Origin: Dudresnaya verticillata
Lineage: Eukaryota
NCBI GenBank assembly: GCA_977862235.1
Contig: OZ374564.1
Location: 620,001-684,000 of the forward strand
Length of the DNA: 64,000 nucleotides
Direction: 5' to 3'
How positions within the stretch are numbered: position 1 is the stretch's first letter; the number at the start of each line of letters is the position of its first letter. The notes beneath the pieces were generated by a model. That model saw only the letters and a list, made by a program, of their open reading frames with translations. It ran no database searches and was not told the DNA's origin. This document shows positions 11,681-24,790 of the stretch, piece by piece. The translations under genes and the position numbers were made by a program.

Positions 11681-12188
11681 GGTGCTCCGTGAAGGTATTA
11701 CCAGCAGTATTACTACTACTACAAAGAAGAAAAGGTAGTAACGATTGGGTAGTCTGTCGTTTCATTGCTTTGAGAGATCAGGGGTTCTTTTCCTCTTCCC
11801 AGATATTAAAGGCTCCCAGAAATCCCCTTCCACTGCATTGTCCAACTTTTACCTAGTAGCAGGTATCTGCATCCCCAGAAATGAACTTTGACGACATCAC
11901 GGTGACATACGAGCATGCTCGATTACTTCGCGAGGAGTTCCAACGCGTGCATATTCTGGTGCAGGGTGCACAGACCGAGGCATTGGCGCAATGAAACATT
12001 GTCTTTAGCGAAGGGCAAAGCGAATGGCAGGACTTGGACGTTTACGTGTAGATGAGCAGCAGAGGCATTCCATTACTGTTAGCACTTATCTGCTGACTTG
12101 ACGCCCCCAACCCCTGCTCAGGTACTGGTTCCCACTGCACCAGGCGACCGGCTGTGTCTGCAGCAGTCCACAGTCCACAGTATTAAAG

Positions 12189-12491
12189 ATGGAAGTCGAC
12201 CTCCCTCCCCGTGCACAGCCAACATCGACCATGAACCGCAATTCAATCCGACAAGCCTACGAACAAGTGGCACTACTTCGCATCGATGTTCGCACCCAGC
12301 ACGACATCTCCAAGCTCTGTTTAAGGGAGGCTCGCGAGTGCATGGAGGAATTCGAATTCCTCATGCACTGCTACCGCCACTTGAGGCGGGAAGCGACGGC
12401 GGTTATTACAGCTGTCGCTAGAGCTGTCCGTTCGGTGTGCGCGGAACTGTGGAGCGGCACGAACCCCTTAAACAGAGAAGGAGAAGAATAG
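12189..12491 (+). CDS. Small hypothetical helical protein, with a weaker paralogous ORF at 11881-11994
   Basis: ATG-started ORF; MNRNSIRQAYEQVALLR resembles MNFDDITVTYEHARLLR; both are preceded by TATTAAAG. Confidence 0.35.
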   Translation: MEVDLPPRAQPTSTMNRNSIRQAYEQVALLRIDVRTQHDISKLCLREARECMEEFEFLMHCYRHLRREATAVITAVARAVRSVCAELWSGTNPLNREGEE

Positions 12492-15360
12492 CAGTTAATC
12501 GTGTAGTGAGAATGTCAAATGAGAGCAATGAATAGATAGAGTAGAAAAGGGGGTTGAGTAAATTTACTGAGACAGAATGGGAAGTCAACCTTATGTCTTT
12601 AATGAACTCCTTTCTCGCTTGTCTTCAGTCGCGATTCTATCCACGAAGGGATGGAAAGCCTGCCAATATTGAAAATCCCGACTGGTAGGGGGCAGGAAGT
12701 GCTTAAAGAACGTGAAGAATAAGAACAACAAAACAGCGTCTGCGATGGAATTGCAAGCAAAATGAGGCCTTCACATCATAGCACCCCGACTGCAACCCGG
12801 CTTTGCCATTATTCAGAACCCCAAAGGAATAAGAACTGCACTTTCCCAAGCTCTCTGTTCAACCTCCCAAGAACATTCTGGGCTGCGGCGATTGTACCAT
12901 GAGCTTGCGCAACAAATGCGACAAGATTGGCTCGGCGTCGCTTCGCATCCTCCGACTCCGTGTGTCCCATCGCGAGTCCAAGCCGTTTGCGTTTAGTCTC
13001 CCCAATCCATGCTGCCTGCACGAAGAAGAGGGACGCTGGGACGTAGTGTACTAGGCCGTTCGCTGCAATAGTGACGCACAATAAAATTTCCAACACAGCT
13101 GTGTCTGCGTACCAGGTGACTAGTTGGGTATTCCGCTCGGCATGCGAGAAGAGCAGCAAGTTCATACCCGTTTCCTTGTTACCCTCCTCAAAGATGGGCA
13201 GCGGGAAATATTAGCATGTGCCGCGACTGCCAGAAGTGGCGGAGATGGTTCGTTCCGAAATGGGTCCGTGTCACGCGCGTAGTTAAGCAAGCGAATCTCT
13301 GATGTTTCTCGACCAACCTTGTCTGTTTCGGCTCCAGTATCCGAACTGGCGCTAAGATCAGACACTTGAGTCTGCTGCGGATGTAACGAGGGTATTACTT
13401 GACGCGAGCTACCAAAGCCCAACTGCACGTGGAGTTTTTGGGCTGCTACGATTTACCCCGTAAGATGAACCCAATTGTTGCGCTTCTATTGCTCTCTGAC
13501 TTGGACACGGATGGAAAAAGGGGCTCTTCCTCGCTGTGAATTGCCACATGAGCTTACACACATATTGGAATAGCGCTGGGTCTTGCCGGATATCCTCTGC
13601 ACGCCCTTGCCGACAATTTCGGTATGTTGAGCCTGCTTCCGCGTTCTATTCCCCACAAAGAGCAGATACCACATCAATGGCTGCCTTCTTCTCAGGCTGT
13701 AGACGTATTTGCAAACAGTCACGCATCATGAGAGGTATCTCTGTCGTGGACACATCTGCAACAACCGCTAACCTTACGACACAACGATTCCTGCCAACCG
13801 CTGCAAAAACATATGATACCTCTGGCTAAGGAAAAGCTTTCCCAGGGTAGGGAACACATTACTGCGATCCAACGCACCTTGCGACTTGATCCGAATTTCG
13901 CCAGGGTCAATACACAGCTGTTGTTTGACGTTGAGCCAGCCAGTAATAGTCATGATAAAGATACTTCTACTGAATAGAGAGAAAGAATGGGCACCAGATC
14001 GCATACCGCAACGCAACAGCTGGTGGATAAAGGTCGTGCAGGGGAGCTCCATCGCCTGCCAGGCTGCTGACCGAGAAGTCTCCATTGGTAGCAATGGGGA
14101 AGAAGTCGATGGCATAGCCCGCATCTGTATATACAAGGGATGAAGCATCACTATTAGCACTGACTATGCCCGTAAAAGGTCGTCGTCGATGTAAGCCGTC
14201 AGCAACGGCTTGGCTGCGCTTCCTCGTTTCTTCTCCCGAGTTCCAGTTACCTATCCCTCCAAAAGTGAGGGCCGTTCTGTTTGGAGTCCTGCAAGGTTGC
14301 TGACGCCTCTTCTTCTGCGGCACGCTCGGTCAGCTAGCGCACAAGCTCGTCAAACACAAGACCTGCAACCGCGGCATCCGCAACTGGTCAGATAAATGCG
14401 GCGTAACGCACAAAATCATCCCGTATGACGTAGCCAGCACCAGTGCGGTCCATCATGTTAAACAGCCAAGATGCAGCGTTCTGCATAGCCAGGGAATCCT
14501 ACACTTTAAGGGTGGAAATGATGGCGTAGTCTGCGAGGTCGCGCGGGAGGTGTTCGCACGAGCGAGCATCGTTGGCAAAGAAGGTATATGACGCGGACGT
14601 GGATTCAGTGGCAGCATAGAAGTCACTCTTCAGCTCTTCTAAGGACTTCCCGTGCAGGTCTTAACAGACCCGGACCATGGAGTCGCGCCATACGACAAAA
14701 TTGGAAACAAATCTCTGCAGTCCACCGGCATCGTCATCTGGCTGGTCGTCGTCTTCTTCTTGTGTTTCGTGGGCCTCATCCGCTGAGGACGCGCCACCCG
14801 GCGGTGGGGAAAGATCTCCCTCGCTGTTGGGCTCATCTGCGACTGTATGCGCAGCGCGAGACTCCGCGGCTGGGGGTGCAGTGCAGGGCGTGTTGTGGAT
14901 GCAAGAGTCGCCTGTTCTTACGGGTGCGGGGTGATGGGGAGGGCGGCAGGGGCGAGGCGTGGCGAACCTCATCCGGAGTTTGATGTGAGATGCGCGATGA
15001 CGATAGAGATGGTGTGGCCCACGCGCGATGGCGGTAGAGGAGGTGCGGGGCACGCGCGATGGAGGTGGAGCTGCTGCGCGAGATGAGCCGCACTGGTCCA
15101 GGATCCGGAGTGGAATGATGCGCACGTGCGGGAAGGGGTGGTACTGGTACCAGCACGTGAGTATTTGAGCGCCTCGCATGACTGGTTTACCCTCCAGATT
15201 TACCCTGGTGTCCAAGCAGTACCAGTCGTTCGGGGCGACACTGCGCCCTTGGTCCCAGCCCAGGGTAGGCCGGGGGGTGAGGCGAGCGGGGCCAGACATG
15301 CCGGAGCACGGGCGCAGGCGCCCGTGCGCGCCCAGGCGCCCCCCGAAGGGCAGCAGGGGG

Positions 15361-15610
15361 CAGCGCAATTTTCTGGCTAAATTTTAATCCAGAAATGCCG
15401 AAACTTTCCAAACTTTCTCGAAAGTTTCGGGACATTTCACCCCTATATGCGGCACGCCATAACTCCGCAACCGTACATGCTATCCCAAAACCGATTCCAC
15501 TATTCTTCTCAGCTCTCTCTCCCCAGTCTAACGCGATATAGAAATCGTCGTTCCATGAGCATTTTTCAGACTGATTCGCGACACAGATTCTGAAAACCCG
15601 GAAATCTGTG
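15361..15610 (+). repeat. Right-end TIR-like sequence of the putative DNA transposon family (diverged)
   Basis: Follows a GC-rich tract; shares GAAACTTT blocks, CATAACT, CGATTCCAC, TTCTCAGC and a GGAAATCTGTG|TTG terminus with 60575-60852 and 40945-41194. Confidence 0.65.
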
Positions 15611-18536
15611 TTGCTCGTTGACGAATGCATCCATTGTTGTAGCATGCCTCGTTTTCTGCGGTGGATGTGCGACTGAATGCCTGGTCTATATCGGAATGAG
15701 TATGGCCGATGGGCAACAAAGATGCCTGAACCTCCCGTAGAACTCCCCAGGCAAACAAGCTTTCCAAGTAAGAACACGTAAACCTGTTCCTGTTCTCACG
15801 AGTGCAATTGTCCATTTGCACGAATAGTGCGGGCTGTAGAGGGGCTTTGGGATGTCTCAACATCAGACTGCAATGTATTGATTCTATCACATGATTTGCA
15901 CCCGACTCGTGGTCCACAGTCAGTCTTCAATTGTAGGGCTAAATGCTTGGTCGGGCCATTCTCCAGTGCACCCACCACGCTTAGCTGAATGCCATGTCCT
16001 CTCAAATCCTTCGTCTTAACAGGAACAAACGGGAGGACATAGCTCTCCTGGTCTCCTACATCCACGACAATGGAGCGGTACTGCGACTGTTTGCTCAATA
16101 CGCCGCTTGTAGTCAAGTCTTTCCTCGTACACATTTCGATGATGCACCTTGCGACGAACACGGAACGGTCGTGCTGCTACTTTATTATTCCCTGCCCTCG
16201 CCAGTCCGAGTCTGGTCTCCTCATACTAAGAGCAAAGCGTGAATAATTTCTGTTTGCGGACTTTGATTGTGGGCCAGAAGGTTTTCCATGTGACATCAAA
16301 GTAGCTTGTATTTGCTGGGTTCTGTATTCCACACATTTCTTTCTGTTCTGAAATAAATGCCTTATACACATCCTTTCTCGAGAAGTGAGGGAGGTATATC
16401 TCGTTTTTGTGGGGCATTTGATCTCCATCGACCTTAGCGAGCCGGCAGAGGAGGCATACGTCGCTCTCTCTGGTCCGTCTCCCCACCAACCCCGACATAC
16501 ACCGGTCTAATGGAAGCAGGAATAGAGCCCCCTTGTCTCTTGACGGATATTCGCAGATCCCTCGAGAACCGAAGCACCTTCTCCATGAAACTCATACAAA
16601 TAATCTTACCGTGGAACATACACCGACAGTCTCGTTGCATCAATTCGTGAAGATACATGGGACGGTCATAGACACTCATCGGCAAAACACTTAGGGCCTC
16701 AGACTTCATGAATACCAAGAGATTTTCTTAAAGCACTCCTTCCTGATGCAACACTTCTCCCTCAGCCAATCCACCGTATCCAGCTTCTCTAGTGCTTCCA
16801 TGCGGCGCTTTTCAAGTGCCGTGTCGCCAACCCTTCTCCTCTTTCGAGATCGGTCGCGGTACCGATACCTTCGTTTCCTTCCGCTTCCATTATCTTTCAT
16901 AGTCTGCGGTGGCTCATAAGCTTCGTCCATTACCTCTTCGTCGTCCTGGGAGTTTGAGAAAGACTCCCAAACCCTGGACCCTTCATTTTCTGTTTCTTCT
17001 GGACACTCGCCCAGATTCCGAATAGGAATATCAAGTGCGCCATCATCACCAACTTCCCCCAAAGTGTGCTCAACAATGTCTGGAACGCGCCAATCCTTTT
17101 CTTGCGTAGGTGTCCCACCCTATGCATCAGCTTGACCCGGTAAAGGCGTCTCTTTGTCAGACTCCAGGTCTGTGAGACAAGCGGCAGGAGCCTCTTGGGC
17201 TTCATTTTGGGAGGGGACTTCTTCTCCCAAATCTTGATGTAGAGCGTCAGACAGCACTTCAGATTCACCCTGAATGGGATCCAGGGGAGGAGGGGAGGCG
17301 GGGGGATCAACTACGCGCTCTATTTTCTCCGTGGGATTGGTAATTGCGGCGCAGACGGGGGGGCGCAGGGGGACCCAGACGCAGCGACGGGAGCGGCCCC
17401 TGGTGTGGAGGCGCGGGCCTCGATCTCGGTCTCGTTATTGACCGCACTGAAGTCTGGATTCTGACCGCTGCCATTCCCATCCTTCTCCCGAGCATGATGT
17501 GCTATCGCCGAGCCGAGGTTGGATGCAGCACCAGGGTGGGAGTCATTCACGACTGCCTCCCGTTCGTCTCGAATTGATGGGCCTCCTTGACCTGCACGAG
17601 GACTCGGGGATGCGGTCGGTGGCAAGCGATACGGCGGCTTCTTCTCTGGAGTGTACTGCAGCAGTGAGGCCTGAGTTCCAATCGAGTCTACCATCTCATT
17701 GAGATATGTCCGTTTTACCTGCACAAAACCGACTGTGTTCTGCTTTGCAGTCGGCGGAGTGAAGCGAACACTGCGCAAGTGCGAGGCGGTTGTAGGGCCA
17801 TGCGTTGGCGAGCCAGGAAGGCAAAATATCAGTGTGGCAATAACATCGACAACGACACCTTTCTTTTCAACAGGAGACGCACTGCGCCCTAACTCAACAG
17901 GTGTTTCCAGGGTACTTTCCGAAACGCACTCCCTCTCCTTCTCTGCAGAAGAAGTAAACTTTTTCTCCATGACAGCTGAAGCGATAACCCTTTCCGCATT
18001 GTAGACAACGAAGTGATATCCATCTGAAAGGCACCCCATGCATTCGTCCCTGTGATCATGTCTAAAAGCGTTGTCTGTAGAGGGCGCATCGGAATCCACA
18101 GTGAACGGGGTTTGTATGTCTTCGCATCCTGATAGGCATGCAACCTGTTTAACAGCCACCCACAGCTCTGCAAATCTCTGCTCATCCTCCAAGTTATTCA
18201 CGTTGATGACTGTGCAGAATCTTCCACTTCGGTCTGCACCCTTCTCCTATCCATGTTTCGGACGCTCCAACGTAGCTCGAGCCACTTGAGACCCATTCTG
18301 TGTCAAAATGACTCTAGCTCCAGATCGCACCCCTATAGCACAGTGCTATACAAGTCTCTCCGACCTGTGCCTCGCGGCATGGTTGAGAGCTGTCCCCTTC
18401 CGCGTCGAGGCGTGGAGTAGTGCAGGTGGGGTACCTGGTGAGAGTATCGCGCACGGAGCTCTTCTGCCAAAGTCGCTGGTAGGAGCTCGCCTGCCCTGAC
18501 GCGCCCCTGGGCAGAGAGTAGGATTAATATTGCCAC
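15611..18536 (-). pseudogene. DUF7869 / Sola-like DDD transposase, multiply frameshifted and 3'-truncated
   Basis: Fragments in order: CCIRKEC, GDQMPH-EIYLP, W..IKVRK..FTLC, SIVVDVGDQ, VQMDNCTRENRN, LPIGHTHSDIDQAFS; N-terminal half homologous to 56703-58735. Confidence 0.75.
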
Positions 18537-19934
18537 TGCGTCTCCCCCAGAACTACTCGGAACAGCACCGACCAGACTAGAATCTGAGTGGTGCGAACGG
18601 CGCCATAGCCGTCAATAATGACAGTGTGGGAGCCAGGAGATCGGGACACGGACAGTGGTGGCGGTTTATTCGACAGCGAGATGCGGGGTTTTCGGACAGT
18701 TCTGCTGTTCGCTACAAATATAGGCTCTAAAACAGGGTGAACGATATGCGCTGCGAAACAATTTCATCGCCTCGCGCAGTCATGCTCGCACAGAGTTCAA
18801 TTTGGCACAGTAGCCAGAGAGGGCCACACAACAGAATACTGGAGCATGAGAGTAGGGAGGGCCACGCCTCAGAATGCTGGAGCAAAAGAACAGGGCGGGC
18901 CATGATTCAGCATGCTGGGCACGAGTTTCCTTTGAAAAACGTTTGCGCCGTTGCGAGCCTTCTGGTGTAGTTGAACATGGCTATACATACGGCCAAGTAC
19001 TGTATTGCCCTCGGTCAGGCCTCAGAAGCTCCGATGTGTGTCCCGACTATCGTCCGCCACCGAGCGCAGGCAATAGATAAAATAAGGATATTCGATACTT
19101 ACGATCTCTGCCGTCCCCAATAAACCCCTTCGTTTCATCATGCTGAACAAGATATTCTCAGTGCTGCATCCTGCCCTATGTACTGCTTACATGAAGCCTG
19201 AGAGGTTTCGGCTGGCTGACTTCCGAGAACTTTGAAAATACCCTCTTGCATGTCCAGTGACATCTTCTTGTCATAGTTCTTTACCGACTTCTGTACATAC
19301 CCCACCATCGGCATGGTACGTAGAACGTCTTCCTTGCTGACATTCTTGCGAAGTAACAGGCGACAAGGATCTGACACGCAAATCTCATCCTTCACATTTT
19401 ACCTTTCCGCGCTCGATAGCTTTCCTTTCACCTTGCCACGACGCTTTAAAGGCTCGCAGGTATCTTCTGCGCCCCGGTCATTGCGCTCCGAGGATGTGTG
19501 TGAAGTGCAGATTGCGTGGCAGTGGGTAGGAGTACGAAAGAAATGGACAACGTATTGTCTCGCTGGACGGGTGGATACGGCCAACCAGGCCGGGACGTAG
19601 AAGAAGCGTGTAGCGGTGGTGGCGTACGAGCCACACGAATGGCGGCTGCACGGGAGACAAGCGCGCGGCGTCGAATCGCTTGGTGAAGGCGGGGCGCGAG
19701 CGGTGGCGCGGCGGGGCGCGAGAGTGATGGTTGGTGGGTGGGGCCTCGACACAGGGTTTGGGCTGCTGCGGGCACTGCTGTCCTGGACGGTCCTGCCGTA
19801 CAGTGTTGTGATGTTTTATGCCGACGAGAAGGTGCAGCCGTCGCCGTCGTGCGCCGGCGACGGGTCGGAGAGAGAAGCGTGTCCGGGGAACGCAATTTAT
19901 CTCTCGAGGTCTCGAATGTTTTTTGCGGAAAGAG

Positions 19935-20300
19935 GATCTGTATTTATAGCTTTTATAGAAGAAGATCTGTAAAAGCTATAAGTGAATATGACAACTCAAG
20001 AATAGATTTTTCAGGACCGGCCATGTCAATGTCTATTTAAATAGGTTTCACGAAAATCGATCTGTAAAAGCTATATAGATTTTACAGTAAAAGCTCTATA
20101 GCTTTTACAGCAATGAAATTATTCCAGCTATAGACAGATATTTCAAACCGTTGCGCCATTAAAGCTATATAACTTTTACAGGAGCTCTATTACATTAGCC
20201 TCCAGACAGCATTCCACTTCGGCGATCTCGTAAAAGCTGTTTGCAATTATGGATATTCACAAACAGCTTTTACAGCTCTCGATCCGTAAAAGCTATCTTT
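19935..20300. repeat. AT-rich array of (C)TGTAAAAGCT motifs in both orientations, forming palindromes
   Basis: Nine AAAGCT/AGCTTT cores plus degenerate copies, e.g. GTAAAAGCTCTATAGCTTTTAC at ~20087-20108. Confidence 0.85.
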
Positions 20301-20686
20301 ACGGAAACCCGATTCCATTTTTTAGGAAATACGCCGCACCGCTGCTATTTCTTAGGAAACTAACGCAACGCCGCCCCACACTACTCCTCCTATCCTGTCG
20401 TCTTCCGTGCCCAATCGCCCTGCAGTTCTGTTGTCGGTGTCGTCGCTCACTGCCAGCTGGATACCCGATCTTCGCCCCGCCGCTCCGCAGTGTCCCCATA
20501 CTACTGTCGTGATGTCATTCCGCCGCGTCGCACTATGCGCCGCCTCACAGCGCCTGCCCGTCCTAGATAGTATCTGCAAGGGTATCCTTTCTCCTACGAG
20601 TGAGTACGTGGTTCCTACCGTGAAGCAATTCGTAAACAATACCCATAGCCATTATTCATCTAAGATACTTGCGCGCTCCTTACGTT

Positions 20687-23677
20687 TTATCCTTTTGCAG
20701 CAACAGCTTCATTTGATTCGTATACCAAGGAAAAACCGCTGAGTTGGCTAACGGTCTTCGGAAATTCACCCTCCGGGTTGTGAAATCTGCACGGGTACTC
20801 GACATTTTCCATTCCATCAAGATACGCAGACGAAAATACAGATACTAGATGCTGGCCGTTCTTTTGGAATTCTTCCAACGATGTATTATGAGCAGATGTG
20901 CGGAACCTATCTCCTTCGGACACGGGGAGCTGGCACTTCGCACTTCCAACTTCTTTCCCAGGCATAATGAGCATAATATCGTTTCCGCCGCGGAATTCGA
21001 GCCGAACCTGATCAGAAGCAGGAGCAGGTGCAGGCCCCAGTCTGGGTGCGCTGCTTCCTCGAAGGGATGGGTCGTTGTGCTTTCCCAAAGGGCGGTTATC
21101 ACGATTCATGACATTAGGCGCCTCACAGTGTTGCGCGGAATTGATCTTTTGGAGTGCGAGTCTTGCGAGACGGGAGAAAGCAAGCCTGAATGTTTCGCCG
21201 TTCTGTTCAACGGAAGTACTTTTTCGGCCAGTATTCATTGCAGCTATTCCAGTTGTCATGATTCCAGCATACATGTCCAAGTACATGTCCAAAACAGATC
21301 CTCCCGGCGCGCAGAAAGTTGTCATCAGCTCTTCCAACAGACAAACAGTCTTCTCCTCAGACATAACCGGAGATCTCGTCCCCTGCTTCAGTAGTTTCTG
21401 TTTGGGTACAGGGACGACAGAAATGCAAGCAAATTTACGCTTCTCCTTGCTTCGAAGCAAGGCGTAAGGACTGCGTAAATCTGGCTTAAAACCAGTTGGG
21501 TTTTGTCCAGGTACTCTGGCCATGATCAGAATCTCAGTTGCGTTCTGTGGCCGATCGTTTCCACGATGATCCTGAATGATATACGTATCCTCCACGATCG
21601 TGAATGGATATATATGGGATGTCATATCCGCAGCAATGAGAGGCTTGCGCATGGACTCATAGTTCTGGAATGACATCAACATCAGAATCCATCCTCCTGG
21701 TACGACCAACCCACGGAAACGTTCAGAGAGAGATCCCATGTCCTTCTCCGAGAGGTACTTGCCGTACTTCTGGTCTGCTCCAAATTGCGAAGGCAGGGTA
21801 CCGTACGACGAATCAGTTAGGACCAAGTCAAAGGTTGGGAGCCCTGATGGGGGGTATCAGCCCGAACATTCTGGTCGTACTGCTGCCATCTCATTTGATG
21901 GCAACTAAGCCCCATGCGCTGCATTACTTCGCGAGGAGAAGGATTTTCGGGTTTGCCATAGTCTGAATTCACCTCAGGAAAGAGACGGTCTGACTTCTGC
22001 GTACTCGCAGTGAAGTAACGTACTTTTCGGGGAGTATCCTTGCTCTCGTCCTCATTTCCTGGTTTCCCACCAGGATTGGAACCGCACTCAGGCCCTTTTG
22101 CTCGTTCCTGTCCTCGGCGTTCAGTTGTTTGTAAAGGGGCGTCTCCTCTATCATCTTCTACACCTGTTTATGGTGTCGGATAGGGGTTTGCGCTGTCTTC
22201 CGGAGTATCATCTACAGCAGCCTGCTCGTTGCAGGGAGCAATTTGCGCTTCAGGCAAGGTGTTGGTACCGCTCCCAGCGTCTTTTGCTTCCGCGGAGGTG
22301 GTAGCAGTGTTCGGAGCTTTCACAATGCGGGACTTACACTTGAATAGTTTCATCGGTGCCTCCTCGGGGCATGTATCCCGGTACATGTCCAGTATTTCCT
22401 TCAGAAATCGCGTTTCGTTCCCCTCATTTATACGTACTTGTAAGTCGAGCTTCCGAGTTCGAAACAGGTTGGTCCTAAGCACTTCCATTTCGGCAGGCCA
22501 CTCAACAGACTCCCGCATATTCTCAAACTTCCTAACCTCGCGTAGAGCCCGGGAGGCTCTCACAAACGCTTCTACAGTGGCCGTATGCGGAGCAGGTCTG
22601 AAGCCCTGAAGCCGGGACCGGTCTTTGAGTCTGTAGAGAGTGGCTATCTGCGCTTTCACGCATTCTTCTGTATCAAATGCCCTAATAAATGCTGCCGCCG
22701 ATTTCAGGGACGATGGGTGGATGAATCGCCTGTACACTCTACAGTACATCGAAGACAGTGCCGTGTGCTCAGCGACACGACCTGATGATTTTTTGAATGT
22801 CGCTGTCGCCCCCAGTAACGGCAGTTCTTCCGTCATGAAACTTCCGATTGCCAGCGCCCTTCTCTCCAGAGGGAGAACAACAGCTGCTGTTTGCTTAATC
22901 GTACTTCAGCTTAGATGGGAAGCAGCATCGAAAGCGGTGGCAATTGTGGCTGCCGACGGATCTTTCCCATTGTTGGCGGCGCACATTCGATCGTCTTCGT
23001 CGCGAAGTCCTCGTAGAGTGTCGTAGAGGGTAGATTCAATGTAAAAGGAGGCATCGTGTCTCCTGTTCTGAGGTCTCGCGAATTGGCGAAGGACATTAAT
23101 ACCGCATGCAGTCTTGATTTACAGAACGGGCCATTCGAACGCCTTCCACAGTTCATACTCCTCTCTTATGAGTTCATGAATTGCGACAAGTCTGTGCATA
23201 CGATCCATGACCCCGTACCAAATCCCGCGCTGCTCAACAGCCTCTTGTACCTCCTTCCCACTGCGGGAGGTTACGTCTTCCTTTCGCTTCTCAGCGTTTC
23301 GCAGTGAGGTATTCCGAAATATACTTGCGACGGCTTCCCGTCAGTTGCACGATAACGGGTATGTCAGCACCTACCACATACCCTGTACAGTCTGGAATGT
23401 GTACTCCTTGAAGGCCAGTGGAATCATTTCCTCTCCCGGACTTGGCTTGGAACAAGCGTTTCAAGCGTTCAACGCCCGAACGGGAGATTGGTCGAATGTT
23501 CGTCAGCGGTATGCATGCCCGAGGATCGACAAAAATATTTGCTGATCCCCTGAGAAGTTCCAGGAACATAACATTCGCCTGTGGAGAAGCCGTTGCAGGT
23601 ATCGTGACGTCTGTTCCATGACCAGGATCGACTTATTTTCTTGCAGACTTACGGCGCTTCTTCCGGTGCGGAGGCAT
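20687..23677 (-). pseudogene. ParB/Srx-like domain + beta-class N6A/N4C DNA methyltransferase fusion, copy 1 (frameshifted)
   Basis: IWYGVMDRMHRLVAI (ParB-like); FDLVLTDSSYG (DPPY position) precedes EK..LLEELM..F..PGGSVLDMYAG..TTGIAA...GR (SAM-binding); colinear with 50796-53599. Confidence 0.8.
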
Positions 23678-24289
23678 GTCAGATCACAGACTAGTCGTTG
23701 TGTTGCTCGTACTTGCAAGTACAACATGCAATGGGCCAGGTGGTTACTACGAGGGTAGAGCACCAACGCACAATGAATACATTATCACCCAGGTTATGTA
23801 GCACGGAATATCCGTTCCTGTATAACGCGGGAACGTAGTTCTCTCTCTTACTCTAATCTCCGTTGCAGCTAATATTTAATCCAATACCACTATTACTCCG
23901 TACAGTGCGAAAGAGCCTACCGTTTGGTAGGTCCTGGCAACCAACTACCAATCCCTGTCCTGGTGTTGCCACCCCCACTTTCTCCACTGGAACGCCCGAC
24001 CCTGTACTGTTCTTATTGCAGTAGTGCTACTCTACAACCTAGGGTAATGAAGCTTCATTCCGCATCTGACAGCACTCTGTCACGCTATGAGGCGGTGAGG
24101 CACGCTCCGCCAGCGTGCCAAACCAACCTCTGTGCGAGCAATGCTCGTTAAATATTGACCGTACGACCTAAAACCCTTCAATGCCGCATCAAGCTCTATC
24201 GTCGCTATTGCTGTGTTGTGCATGCAGAAGATCGCTGCGAGAAGTTTTATCCTGCCTTGTACCATTCAGATGTCTGACTCCGTCGAGGA

Positions 24290-24790
24290 TTGTTTTTCCC
24301 CACGCCCTACCGAGGAACGCATTCACAAACGCTTCCAATTGATCGACCGCTGCCTGTCGGTCATCTGTGTGAAAAGTCAATAGTGTGGACCACGGAAGTT
24401 ATCGATGCCCGGAAAACAGGACGGGTGTGTGGAAGTGATTCCGATGGATGGAACCGCTTCCCCGTTCTGAATTCCCAGAACGGATTTGGAATTCACAGGC
24501 ACATCTGCAACAATCTTACTATTCTGTATGAATTGATCATGAAAAAGATTCGCTTGGTGAAGTCTGGTGACTATGCTGGTGAACGCGCGCTCTACCTCGA
24601 GTCCAGCATTGCCGAGACTGTAAATGGATCAGGTGAAGAGGTTTTTCATTTGGAGAGGTTCTCCCGTTTCATGCTGAGAATCTACTAACTGGAGCAGAAG
24701 GAAGGGAACAGTTCTGGTCTTTCCTTCCTGCAGATGGCGCACTTGCACATGGAAGCGAGGCAAGTATCACGCATCTATTCAAAGGATTAG
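24290..24790 (+). pseudogene. Unknown protein family 2, copy 2 (internal stop at 24686)
   Basis: KKIRLVKSGDYAGERALYLESSIAETVNGSGEEVFHLERF; similarity to copy 1 continues past the stop (FLQ..L...RIY). Confidence 0.65.

Noticed and set aside
12809..14323. Minus-strand ORF fragments that could form a decayed gene
   Set aside because: No recognisable motif and no second copy in the window
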